IMG/VR virus record: IMGVR_UViG_3300037419_000074
Span: 1-34,965 of that record
Reading direction: 5' to 3' (one strand)
DNA from: a virus
Taxonomy: Duplodnaviria; Caudoviricetes
Length of the DNA: 34,965 nt
Shown here one piece after another: positions 17,113 to 25,721 of this stretch. The position numbers and the translations under genes were made by a program. Positions within the stretch are counted from its first letter, which is position 1, and each line of letters begins with the position of its first letter. The notes under the pieces were generated by a model. That model was not told the origin of the DNA and did not search any database. It saw only the letters and a list, made by a program, of their open reading frames with translations.

Positions 17113-17430
17113 TTAATTACTGTGGTCGTTGTTCCATCCGTTGACGTGTCCGAATTCATGGCACATGAGATGGGCATAGGAGTTTTTGTCGTTAGCCTCA
17201 GGGAATGAACAAGGATTGGGGGCGAGAATTGTAGGAACTCCATTCTTTTCATACTCACAGGCTAAGATAATCCAGCCCTTTTGAGCAACACCGCAAGCCT
17301 GCTTTGAATTAGGATTCGTCACTGTCACTACTATTGTAGGAACGGCGTTACCTTGATACTTAGGAGGAGGTAAGTCGTTATTATAGGGTGCGGCGCTAAG
17401 TATTGCAAAAAGACCTAGGAGAATTTTCAT
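17113..17430 (-). CDS. Small exported protein with HExxH motif (minimal zincin-like)
   Basis: Signal-like MKILLGLFAILSA, four Cys, AHLMCHEFGH near C-terminus; weak RBS. Confidence 0.6.
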   Translation of the reverse strand: MKILLGLFAILSAAPYNNDLPPPKYQGNAVPTIVVTVTNPNSKQACGVAQKGWIILACEYEKNGVPTILAPNPCSFPEANDKNSYAHLMCHEFGHVNGWNNDHSN

Positions 17431-17758
17431 GATAGGGTTACCAAATCCTTACGTACTCGTTGCAGGAGGGGCTGGTGTACTCGCCATTGCTGCAACTATT
17501 TTTATCCAGAGTTCACAAATCCACAGTTGGCATCAAGCCTACCTGAAGGACGAGAATACAATCGCGGTGCAACATCAACAGATTATAGACATGACTAAGG
17601 CTCAGAACGATCAACAGTTGAAGTCTGAAGACAATGTCACTCGCGTAGTCCAGCTTCCGTCGCAGTCAGCCCCGATCATTAAGATCATCAACAACACTCC
17701 CGATGGGGACGGCTGTGTCGCTCCTAATGATCCCGAGGAGGTTAAGAATGCGTTCTAG
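17429..17758 (+). CDS. Putative inner-membrane spanin (Rz-like)
   Basis: AGGAG RBS; single N-terminal TM segment, Gln-rich coiled coil, C-terminal Cys; overlaps a lipoprotein gene. Confidence 0.72.
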   Translation: MIGLPNPYVLVAGGAGVLAIAATIFIQSSQIHSWHQAYLKDENTIAVQHQQIIDMTKAQNDQQLKSEDNVTRVVQLPSQSAPIIKIINNTPDGDGCVAPNDPEEVKNAF

Positions 17759-18020
17759 TCTCAGTATATTCCTTATCCCGCTGGCTTTAGGAGCTTGCGG
17801 AATGATGCCGAGAGTCGAGACAAGAATCCAGCAGGTGCATTGCCTGACGCCGGAGCAGTACCTGAAGCTGGTGCAGGCAGCGCCGGAGAAGATTGGACAG
17901 CACCTTGATCCTGATCTGAGGAAGCAGAATAAGGAGCTGAAGGTTCAGAACGTCCTTGTTCGTCAGTATGCGGATGGTCTTCTTCAAGTCCTTGGCGGCT
18001 GTACAGGTCGCGCTCCTTAG
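17748..18020 (+). CDS. Putative outer-membrane spanin lipoprotein (Rz1-like)
   Basis: GAGGAGG RBS before ATG 17748; MRSSLSIFLIPLALGAC lipobox; two further Cys; 11-nt overlap with i-spanin. Confidence 0.75.
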   Translation: MRSSLSIFLIPLALGACGMMPRVETRIQQVHCLTPEQYLKLVQAAPEKIGQHLDPDLRKQNKELKVQNVLVRQYADGLLQVLGGCTGRAP

Positions 18021-18414
18021 CCCTACGGGTCACTAATCCCGGCACGATCTTGCCGTTGTCGTACTTCCACTTAGGAAACTCGGCAGCGGCTTTTTCGTAT
18101 TCACGAGCTTTGTGATATCTTAGTAGCGAGGAATGCAAGAATTGAGTAGGTCCGATGTTAAATACAAAGTCAACCAGCGCGTCAAATTGCCCTTGGGTGC
18201 AGGGAAGGGCGTAACTATTCACGATCCCTGCGGCGTAATCCATGTCGTGTTTAAGGAGAGCTTCGGCAGTCTCACGACTTATGACTTGGTTTTCCACCAC
18301 CCCGCCAGTGTGTCCGTAACCTATAGTGAGAACACCACCCGTATCTCGGTATGCCCTAAGTCGAAGTCCTTCTGAATCCTCAGTTAGCTTAAGACCCTCG
18401 TCACTAATGTTCAT
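17773..18414 (-). CDS. Endolysin, GH24 lysozyme with ~75-aa C-terminal extension
   Basis: EGLRLRAYRDTGGVLTIGYGHT (E-x8-D-x5-T triad), FDALVDFVFNIG, GLVTRRAKE. Confidence 0.93.
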   Translation of the reverse strand: MNISDEGLKLTEDSEGLRLRAYRDTGGVLTIGYGHTGGVVENQVISRETAEALLKHDMDYAAGIVNSYALPCTQGQFDALVDFVFNIGPTQFLHSSLLRYHKAREYEKAAAEFPKWKYDNGKIVPGLVTRRAKERDLYSRQGLEEDHPHTDEQGRSEPSAPYSASSDQDQGAVQSSPALPAPASGTAPASGNAPAGFLSRLSASFRKLLKPAG

Positions 18415-18572
18415 TACTTCTTAGGCGTATAGTCGGGGGTCAGGATGGCGATGGCGCCACAGATAAACGAACCTATGATTAGCTTAGGATAATAGGCAGC
18501 AGCTGCTACGAATACTCCCGCCAGACCAGCCCAGGTGCTAGCTTCTTTGGCTCTACCGATTAGATAATTCAT
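18414..18572 (-). CDS. Putative holin (52 aa, not in ORF track)
   Basis: MNYLIGRAKEASTWAGLAGVFVAAAAYYPKLIIGSFICGAIAILTPDYTPKK: two hydrophobic segments, basic C-terminus, TAATG-coupled to endolysin. Confidence 0.72.
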   Translation of the reverse strand: MNYLIGRAKEASTWAGLAGVFVAAAAYYPKLIIGSFICGAIAILTPDYTPKK

Positions 18573-18793
18573 TTCACTATTCCTAAGTAATGAAACAATT
18601 GAGCGACTGCTCCTATGATCCCTGTCCCGACTAAAGCTGCAGCAAGCCAGAAAGCCCCTGCTCCTTTGTAACGAAGGGCTAGTAGTTCATCTAGCTTCCG
18701 CTCCATGCTATCGACTTTATCACGGAGTTCGTTTACTTGCTCTTCCACGCGAGCTAACCTTTCCCCCTGAAGGGCGCTATAATGCATACTCAT
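18569..18793 (-). CDS. Coiled-coil plus C-terminal TM protein (lysis-associated, XhlA-like architecture)
   Basis: RLARVEEQVNELRDKV coiled coil then FWLAAALVGTGIIGAVAQLF TM; ATGA overlaps on both sides. Confidence 0.65.
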   Translation of the reverse strand: MSMHYSALQGERLARVEEQVNELRDKVDSMERKLDELLALRYKGAGAFWLAAALVGTGIIGAVAQLFHYLGIVK

Positions 18794-21700
18794 TTGAACT
18801 CCTTCGGGAACTGAGTGCCGAACTGCTTTCCGAACTCATTCTTAAACGGGTCTTTGAAGCCAAAGTTTGATTTATCCTTTGCAGGATTAGGCTGATAGGT
18901 ATTGACACCGACGCCTAGGATGGTAGGAGCAGCGACAGCAGCGGCACCAACGCCTCCATATTCTTGGTAGGCATTCCAGATGTCCTCAGAGGCCATGGGC
19001 AAGAAGAGGTCTTTTAGAGTCCCTGTGACTGTCATAGGACGACCTAGAAAGTCTTTCTTCCCGTCCATGTAGTTAACCAACGCGGCAGGGACAGGAGCTA
19101 GTTTAGAACGAGCAAATCTTCCAGTCTCAGATAAATAGGTCGGGTCGTAAGGTCCGGCCTTTTCTGCATTAATTTCCTTGACGTTCCCACTCTGGCTCTT
19201 CTTCATTCCAGTAGCTAGTTCTAGCCCGAAGCGGATGTACTGCTGGAAGCCACCTAGGACGTCGACTCTGGTGTCACCGAAGACGGCCTTACCGAAGTCT
19301 GGTCCGGGATGACGCCAGTCTGTATCGACCTTAGCTCCTGCGGCCTTTAGGAGTCCCAGAGACATCGCAGCGATACCTGTAAAAGACAGAAGACTCTTCA
19401 TCGCCTGAACCCTAACAAACGGATCGAGCTTGACGTAGAAGTAGGGATTCAATAAGTTGACACGGGAAGCGATAAGTCTAGGCGAGAAGAAGCCGCCTCC
19501 TAGTAGCGGAGTAGCTGCGTTGCCTAGAGCACCTAGATCACCGCGTCCTGTAGCGGAGTTGATGAAACGAGCTGCATCTCTGCCTTTAAACGGAATATTC
19601 CCTTTCTCAGCCAACTGAGCATAGTTCTTATAGGTGTCGAAACGGAGCTTGTTAAGATAACCAGTGTAAGCCCTTTCTGACATCTTAACCCCCGGAACCT
19701 TCCCGGCAAGACGAGACATAAATGCCTCTTCCCTGTCCTGCAAGATACCGTGAGTGTCAGTCAGTGCCAACCCATCATCCGTCGCTTGGTGATACAGTGG
19801 ATCAAGACGCATATTACGCATCTCTTGCTCGAAGAATTCTTTGTTCTTGAACATCTTCACCATCTCAGGAATGTTCTTCCAGAAGGCCTTACTGCCAACC
19901 ATGAATACGCCCTGACGAAATGGTGCCGAGAGGTCGAAAGAAGACCGCATAGTCCTTGCGAAGTTAGCGACGTCGGCTACTTTCATAGCTCCTTCAGGAA
20001 GATGCAGAGAGCCTTCTTCGTTCTTAGCTAACTCTAGCCAGATATTTCCTTTCGTCGGAAGGGCCTTTTGAAGCAGACGGGCTTCGCTTTCGGTAGGAAT
20101 CTCACCGTAGTCAGCCCCTAATAGCTTCTTGAGAGCCACGCGAGCATTTATTGTCTCATAGTAAGGAAGGGACGAGTCGTTGATTATCCTATGCATCTGA
20201 TCGATTTCAGGCTGTGTGAACAGATGCCTAATGGACTCAATCTTAGGACGTCCTATCGAACCCTTCAGTGCCGACAATTCTTTCAGCAACCCGGCTTCGC
20301 TGCTGTCTTCGGATCTAATACGGTAACCAGCGGCTGCACGACGAGCTCTTTCCCTAGTAAGCATATCAGCAGCTTCCTGACGCATCGGAGCGACTTGCTT
20401 CAAGGCACTATGGAGTTTGTTTAGGACTCCTCGTTTGTTGGTATTGACTTCAATGCTTCTAATGTCGTCTTCAGCCCCATGTCCTTCGGGAGACTTAGTA
20501 GGAGGCCTACGATTAATACCCTCTGGAGGACGAGTACCAAAAGTTCCTGAAGATGCAGGAGGATTTTGATCTCGTTCTACAGGCTCTATGGCCCTGTCGG
20601 CACCTTCTTTTACGAGACGTGCTCGGTCGGCAGGAGACAACTGCTTCCATTCTGCATCAGTGTAGCCAACTGCCGGACGACCCGGAATAGGTTCAGCGGG
20701 TTCGTTGACATTAGCAGCACCATTCTCGGCAGGATAGCCGGTGTACTTCTCATGAGAACTGTCCTGACCCACCTTCCGATACAGTTCGTCCAGACGATCC
20801 GCATAACTCTGAAGACGCTCTAGACTGCCATTGGTCATTCCCTTGTCACGAAGATCCTGCATCAAGGTATCAAGATCAAGTCCCTGCCTAGCATCAGCTA
20901 TGTCCTGAGGCGTCAATCCGTTAGGATTGCCAGCTGAGACTTCGTCTTCAAGACCAGAGATATAGTCATGGACGTCTCTATGAGCCTTATTGAAATCAGG
21001 CTCAGGAAATGGAACTACGTTATCTGTTTCGGTTAGCGGCTGAGAGCCGTCAGCAGCCCACTTATTACCCTCTATGTCTGTTTGATAATACTCCGGTTCA
21101 TTATTAAATAGCGTCGGATCAGTCCAGTCAGGCTCTTTACCCTGCTTATCAAGAGCGGCAAGCATCTCCTGATCTTGCATGATATTCGCGATGTTCTGAG
21201 GCTCAATCGGAGGTACGGCGCCATTAGTAGGCAGACCGTCGGGACCAGCAGGACCAGTGTACTTGCCACCGACTAGTTCTGACATATTCTTCAGGACATA
21301 GTTCTGAGTCTCAGGAGGAGTATGAGCAAGCCAGTTGTCTCCATGAGCCTTGATAGCAGTGTCAACTCTTCCTTCACCCCAGTTGTATGCACCCCAGGCT
21401 TTACCGAAATCATGATCGTACTTGTTAAGCAACGACGCGAATAGCTGCTTGCCAACACGGACGTCATCGGCAGCTGTTCCGTTACTAGGACGAATACCAT
21501 GGCCGGGATCTTTGGCGGTATCAGGCATCACCTGCATCAGCCCACGAGCACCCTTCGGGGAGACAGCAGCGGGATCGAACCCCGACTCAGTTCCCATCGT
21601 GATCTGGATAGCCCTGTCAAAGTCCGGGTTAGCTGCTCCTGCACGGATAGCCCTACCGGCTCGGATAGATGCAATACCACGAGGAGCGAAAGGAGCCACT

Positions 21701-22173
21701 CCCCCGATCACCTGACCGGCTAGGTCTCCTAGATCACTTCCAGTAATGTCTCTGCCGATTTGTCCGCCTAGGCCAGAGCTGGCACCAGATAGAGCCCCTA
21801 TTCCTCCAAATGGCAGTCCAGAGACGCCTCCTTCTACGGCTCTACCGGCGTAAATATCGCCTTTATCTTGAGGTTCTGGTTGAGGAATTTGCTGCCGAAT
21901 CTTGTTAGTCAAGGGCGTCTTTTGGTTAGTAATTGCTCCTACTATGTCAGACAAGTCAGCGGGCATCGTTCTAGTAACGAGGGGATTATTGAGTGTTCCC
22001 TCTACCATTCCTGCTACATTAGCAGCTCCTTGCTCGGCAGCAGAGGAGATATAGTCAGCTGTCTGACCCCAATCACGATTAGTAATGGTGTCAATGAATT
22101 GTCGCCACGGTGATTTGGCCGGAGCCTGAGCCGGTTTACCGCCTTGTTCGTATTCGTCCCACCAATTAGCCAT
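18790..22173 (-). CDS. Large internal virion/ejection protein with lytic transglycosylase (SLT) domain
   Basis: TESGFDPAAVSPKGARGLMQVMPDT, AYNWGEG, ETQNYV SLT motifs; 1127 aa; last of three ejection-type genes. Confidence 0.85.
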   Translation of the reverse strand: MANWWDEYEQGGKPAQAPAKSPWRQFIDTITNRDWGQTADYISSAAEQGAANVAGMVEGTLNNPLVTRTMPADLSDIVGAITNQKTPLTNKIRQQIPQPEPQDKGDIYAGRAVEGGVSGLPFGGIGALSGASSGLGGQIGRDITGSDLGDLAGQVIGGVAPFAPRGIASIRAGRAIRAGAANPDFDRAIQITMGTESGFDPAAVSPKGARGLMQVMPDTAKDPGHGIRPSNGTAADDVRVGKQLFASLLNKYDHDFGKAWGAYNWGEGRVDTAIKAHGDNWLAHTPPETQNYVLKNMSELVGGKYTGPAGPDGLPTNGAVPPIEPQNIANIMQDQEMLAALDKQGKEPDWTDPTLFNNEPEYYQTDIEGNKWAADGSQPLTETDNVVPFPEPDFNKAHRDVHDYISGLEDEVSAGNPNGLTPQDIADARQGLDLDTLMQDLRDKGMTNGSLERLQSYADRLDELYRKVGQDSSHEKYTGYPAENGAANVNEPAEPIPGRPAVGYTDAEWKQLSPADRARLVKEGADRAIEPVERDQNPPASSGTFGTRPPEGINRRPPTKSPEGHGAEDDIRSIEVNTNKRGVLNKLHSALKQVAPMRQEAADMLTRERARRAAAGYRIRSEDSSEAGLLKELSALKGSIGRPKIESIRHLFTQPEIDQMHRIINDSSLPYYETINARVALKKLLGADYGEIPTESEARLLQKALPTKGNIWLELAKNEEGSLHLPEGAMKVADVANFARTMRSSFDLSAPFRQGVFMVGSKAFWKNIPEMVKMFKNKEFFEQEMRNMRLDPLYHQATDDGLALTDTHGILQDREEAFMSRLAGKVPGVKMSERAYTGYLNKLRFDTYKNYAQLAEKGNIPFKGRDAARFINSATGRGDLGALGNAATPLLGGGFFSPRLIASRVNLLNPYFYVKLDPFVRVQAMKSLLSFTGIAAMSLGLLKAAGAKVDTDWRHPGPDFGKAVFGDTRVDVLGGFQQYIRFGLELATGMKKSQSGNVKEINAEKAGPYDPTYLSETGRFARSKLAPVPAALVNYMDGKKDFLGRPMTVTGTLKDLFLPMASEDIWNAYQEYGGVGAAAVAAPTILGVGVNTYQPNPAKDKSNFGFKDPFKNEFGKQFGTQFPKEFK

Positions 22174-22179
22174 ATATGA

Positions 22180-23151
22180 CTACTTAATCCTCTGCCATTG
22201 TCCCGGAGCAATCTTCTGCCAAATCTGGTTACCAATACGTCCAGTTACACCTGAAGGAGAAAGTTCCATCTCTCCGTTAGGAGTCTGAACAATCTTTGTC
22301 TTAGGATGAAGTTGGTTGAATCGATCTTGATAAGCTTGGCGGCTAGCTGCAGCACGAGCATTGGCGTCATTAAGTTGCTGCTGTCGAAGGCCTAGCACCT
22401 GTTGACGATATTTCATCAATTCCTGCTGCTGCTGTTCACGAAGACTCAGGCTCTTGTCCTGACGGGCATTCTTGCCCTCTTCCTTCATGACATCACCGGG
22501 CTTGATGGCTCCCATCGTAATTGCTGAAATCTGTGCAGGATCATATTCGTCAGGAAGCTGTAGCTCAGCCGGATCCATATTCCAGACGTTACGGACATAG
22601 TTCTCTACCTGTTTCTTCATTGCAGGGTATGTCTGTGCATTGCTGGCCTGAAGCATTGCTCCTACACGGTTATAGATCAAATCCTTCTTAGCTGAATCTC
22701 TGATTGCTTTTGATTCATTAGTTGCAGCAGAGTTCTGATACTGTTGGTAGAGCTTAATGGCGTTCAGTTCCTGACCTGGAATCTGAGCCAACCGACTGAT
22801 AGCCCTAAGAGGATCAGATGCGAAGTCTCCAATGGCTTCGTGAATATTCTGCTCATTGACTCTCTGAGTAAAAGCCGGAGCCATTCCTCGGCTCTGAAGA
22901 AAAGCGTCAGCTAGTTTGCCAAGAATGGTTGCTTCATGCGGATGCCACGAGTCAGAAACAGGCGCCTGAATAGGTGTCGGACGAGAAGGGGCGTCGGAGT
23001 TGGCGTCATAAGGAGTCCCAGTCTGAGGAACACTTTGACCTGGTAGAGAGATACCGAGCATTCCCAGGAGGCTCGGATCACCCACTCCATTAATAGGGCT
23101 GACAGTCTGAGGGCTTACGACAGAGTTTAGTGAATTAGCTACGTCGCCCAT
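22180..23151 (-). CDS. Putative ejection (DNA transfer) protein
   Basis: Gln/Ala-rich helical protein between gp7-like and large internal protein genes; positional call. Confidence 0.6.
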   Translation of the reverse strand: MGDVANSLNSVVSPQTVSPINGVGDPSLLGMLGISLPGQSVPQTGTPYDANSDAPSRPTPIQAPVSDSWHPHEATILGKLADAFLQSRGMAPAFTQRVNEQNIHEAIGDFASDPLRAISRLAQIPGQELNAIKLYQQYQNSAATNESKAIRDSAKKDLIYNRVGAMLQASNAQTYPAMKKQVENYVRNVWNMDPAELQLPDEYDPAQISAITMGAIKPGDVMKEEGKNARQDKSLSLREQQQQELMKYRQQVLGLRQQQLNDANARAAASRQAYQDRFNQLHPKTKIVQTPNGEMELSPSGVTGRIGNQIWQKIAPGQWQRIK

Positions 23152-23152
23152 G

Positions 23153-23791
23153 TTAGCCTCCGACGATATCGAAGATGTTAGAAGTATCGGTCATTAGGGA
23201 GTTCGACGTATCTCCTCCGCCTCCGAAGATGCTGCCTAGTCCGCTTCCTAAGGCGCTGCCAGCTGCTCCTCCTGCTGGACCACCGACAGCAGTTCCGGCA
23301 ACTGTCAGGAGTGTCGGAAGAATACCTTGCTTGCCAGGTTTGGCGCCTGAGGATTTAGAAGTCCCGTACCTACCTGCATCAGACACCAGAGCACCTGAAG
23401 CGAGTCCGAGGTTGCCTAGAGTTCCTAGGTTCTTGATGTAATCGTTTAGGTAAGTGCTTCCCAATCCCTGTCCGTACTTAGTCAACTCTTTCAGAGTATC
23501 ACCAGACTGAAGTAATCCTTTGGCAGCCTGATTGCTATTTACCTGATTGTTACCTTGATCTCTAAGGAACTGCATACCGGCAGAGTTGGCAAAGTTATTC
23601 AGAGCATCAGTCTGACCAGCGGTGCCCCCAACTCCCAACAGGCTGGCTAGCATGTTTCCAGCTCCGGAAGTAAATCCGAAGTTCGGAGAGAAGGCCGAGT
23701 TTATCGAGTCATAGGCGTGATTGCCAGTGACAGAGCTAGACTGTTCTGGGGTCGGCTTCTTGCCGAACAGAAGGCTGCCGACTTTACCCAT
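23153..23791 (-). CDS. P22 gp7-like ejection (DNA transfer) protein
   Basis: Gly/Ser-rich; QF..DQG.......AAKGLLQSG.TLK.L..YGQ pattern; follows GNAT-like gene. Confidence 0.7.
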   Translation of the reverse strand: MGKVGSLLFGKKPTPEQSSSVTGNHAYDSINSAFSPNFGFTSGAGNMLASLLGVGGTAGQTDALNNFANSAGMQFLRDQGNNQVNSNQAAKGLLQSGDTLKELTKYGQGLGSTYLNDYIKNLGTLGNLGLASGALVSDAGRYGTSKSSGAKPGKQGILPTLLTVAGTAVGGPAGGAAGSALGSGLGSIFGGGGDTSNSLMTDTSNIFDIVGG

Positions 23792-24188
23792 TATATTCGT
23801 CCTTTGTCATAATTAGTAATTCACAATCTCCATTGGAGAACGAAAGAATTCCGTATGGCCGAAGGCCCACTTGTTTTGCCAACCATCTGGCGGCTTTGTT
23901 ATCGACAGGAGTCAGTCCACGAATTGTTTGACAATCAGTGTTCTCGAACATCCAGCCAATCATCTCCCTAGCGAGGTTAATAGCCTTACGGCCTCTAGAG
24001 ATATAGAACCAATGAACTGTATAGACACCTGGATATTCATAGGTAGCTAGTCCGACGTCATCGTCACTAGTGAGCATGTAGTTACTATCATTATCAAGCC
24101 ATTCTTCCCAGTTAAAGTCTTGGTTGACAGAAACCAACTCTCCTGCTTCTCTGAGAAGAGAAAGATCGTGAGAACGACTAACTGTCAT
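23784..24188 (-). CDS. GNAT-fold protein (P22 gp14-like position)
   Basis: [31 protein letters not shown]-like pattern; start ATG 24188 chosen over track GTG 24221. Confidence 0.7.
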   Translation of the reverse strand: MTVSRSHDLSLLREAGELVSVNQDFNWEEWLDNDSNYMLTSDDDVGLATYEYPGVYTVHWFYISRGRKAINLAREMIGWMFENTDCQTIRGLTPVDNKAARWLAKQVGLRPYGILSFSNGDCELLIMTKDEYNG

Positions 24189-24993
24189 CGGCGGCATTAA
24201 TCGTGACGTTAACTCTGACACCTATTAGTTTAGCAGTAGCGTTAAGTGTATCTGAGGCGTTAGCGGCGTCACGATAGAAGTTGAAGTAAACTACGTCATT
24301 ATTGGCAGGAGAGCCTGCGATAGTAAGGGCTGAAGTAAAGGAAGTCTCGTGTTGATCGTTGGTGGCGATTAGAGTATCAGTGACCGTCTGGGCGGTGCCA
24401 AATGCGGCATCGATTGCATCACCGTCAGAGATAGCAACTGCCTTTACCCCCCACACTATATCTCCACTGCCGCTAGTAGCAGTCCAGATGAATTGGACAG
24501 TGACGGTTCCTTCATTCCAACTCTTCGGCATCGGTACTGCAATCTGAGCCGACTGTAATGTGCTCTGGTCGTAGTCTAGTGTATTAAGCATCACCTTATT
24601 GGTCGTAGTCTCTAGGAGAGTAGCGACTGCACCGTTGGTGGTATTGGGTGTCAAAGCCCCGGCGATGATAGGAATGGAATAGACTCCACCTATTACAGCC
24701 GCGATAGTAGGATTTCCTGCCACTCCACTGCCATTTGTGACAGTAATGCCCGTACCGGCAGTAATGGTTCTTTCTGCGTAACTTGCGGCACCAGTTCTTG
24801 CAATAAGCCCGGTTCCAGTTTGAGCAGCCAATGCTGTCAAATCGTCATCGGAATCTTGTTTACCATCATTCAGAGACGTCGTGTTGCCGAATAGCTGTTG
24901 GAAGTAACGAATGAACTCAGGAGTCGGCCTTCCTTCGCTATCTACGATAGGAACTTGCCACTGTAGGGGACCGATCTGGGTCAAAATGCTCAT
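24178..24993 (-). CDS. Tail protein (gp26 position; needle/fibre-like)
   Basis: N-terminal [16 protein letters not shown] pattern typical downstream of gp10-like genes; [20 protein letters not shown] fibre motif; beta-rich C-domain. Confidence 0.65.
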   Translation of the reverse strand: MSILTQIGPLQWQVPIVDSEGRPTPEFIRYFQQLFGNTTSLNDGKQDSDDDLTALAAQTGTGLIARTGAASYAERTITAGTGITVTNGSGVAGNPTIAAVIGGVYSIPIIAGALTPNTTNGAVATLLETTTNKVMLNTLDYDQSTLQSAQIAVPMPKSWNEGTVTVQFIWTATSGSGDIVWGVKAVAISDGDAIDAAFGTAQTVTDTLIATNDQHETSFTSALTIAGSPANNDVVYFNFYRDAANASDTLNATAKLIGVRVNVTINAADDS

Positions 24994-25721
24994 CGTAGAT
25001 CAGCTCCGGAGATACGGACACAGGCTCCTTCGTCAGTGATTTCAAAAATCCTACCAGGCTGCACCATCAAGCCAAGTGACCGGTATTCGATTACTTGGTC
25101 GTAGTTACCGGGATCGATCTCTACGGTACCTTGATTAACCCAAGTCTTACCGAAATCATCGCTGGTATTAAGAGTAAGTGTCGCTCCACTAAGGACAGGT
25201 TCACCTAGGCTTAGAGTCAGTTGTACTGCATTGCAAGGAAGGACGTCCCGACCTCGTAGTGAGATACCGCCAGTAACTTTTCTGATGAAGGAAGAAGTAC
25301 CAGTGGTGTCGTTGTCGTCTACACCGGCAGTGGGATCGAGCATCCACAGAGTCCCTGAACGGTCATCGCCAGCTACGACGTCGGAACCGAAGTCTCTGTC
25401 AGTAGTCGTGGCACCGATGCCAACCCAGTTATTTCCTATATGTGCTCTCCAACGCTCTTCATCAGGACTTGCCCAATGATGCCACTGACCCGTAGTTAGG
25501 TCATAGACAAGAGTTTCCGAGGCTCCTAGGCGGATGACATAGAAGTCATGTCCATCCATACTAAATCCCCAGACTCGAACGATGGGATCGTTTTCACTAC
25601 CTGCCCCTGTGGTCGGAGGAGTATCAGTAAGAATAGCAAATGCCGTTACCTTACTGACAATAGCTCCGCCAGGAGGGGCAATAACAGCAAAGGCTGTTAC
25701 TTTTGATACAGTAGCGGTCAT
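24990..25721 (-). CDS. P22 gp10-like tail hub/stabilisation protein, C-terminal part
   Basis: [32 protein letters not shown]....RIFEI motifs of the gp10 C-terminal half. Confidence 0.75.
   Translation of the reverse strand: MTATVSKVTAFAVIAPPGGAIVSKVTAFAILTDTPPTTGAGSENDPIVRVWGFSMDGHDFYVIRLGASETLVYDLTTGQWHHWASPDEERWRAHIGNNWVGIGATTTDRDFGSDVVAGDDRSGTLWMLDPTAGVDDNDTTGTSSFIRKVTGGISLRGRDVLPCNAVQLTLSLGEPVLSGATLTLNTSDDFGKTWVNQGTVEIDPGNYDQVIEYRSLGLMVQPGRIFEITDEGACVRISGADLR

Noticed and set aside
17353-17384. TTGATA...TATTAT as spanin promoter
   Set aside because: Spacer is 20 nt, too long for sigma70.
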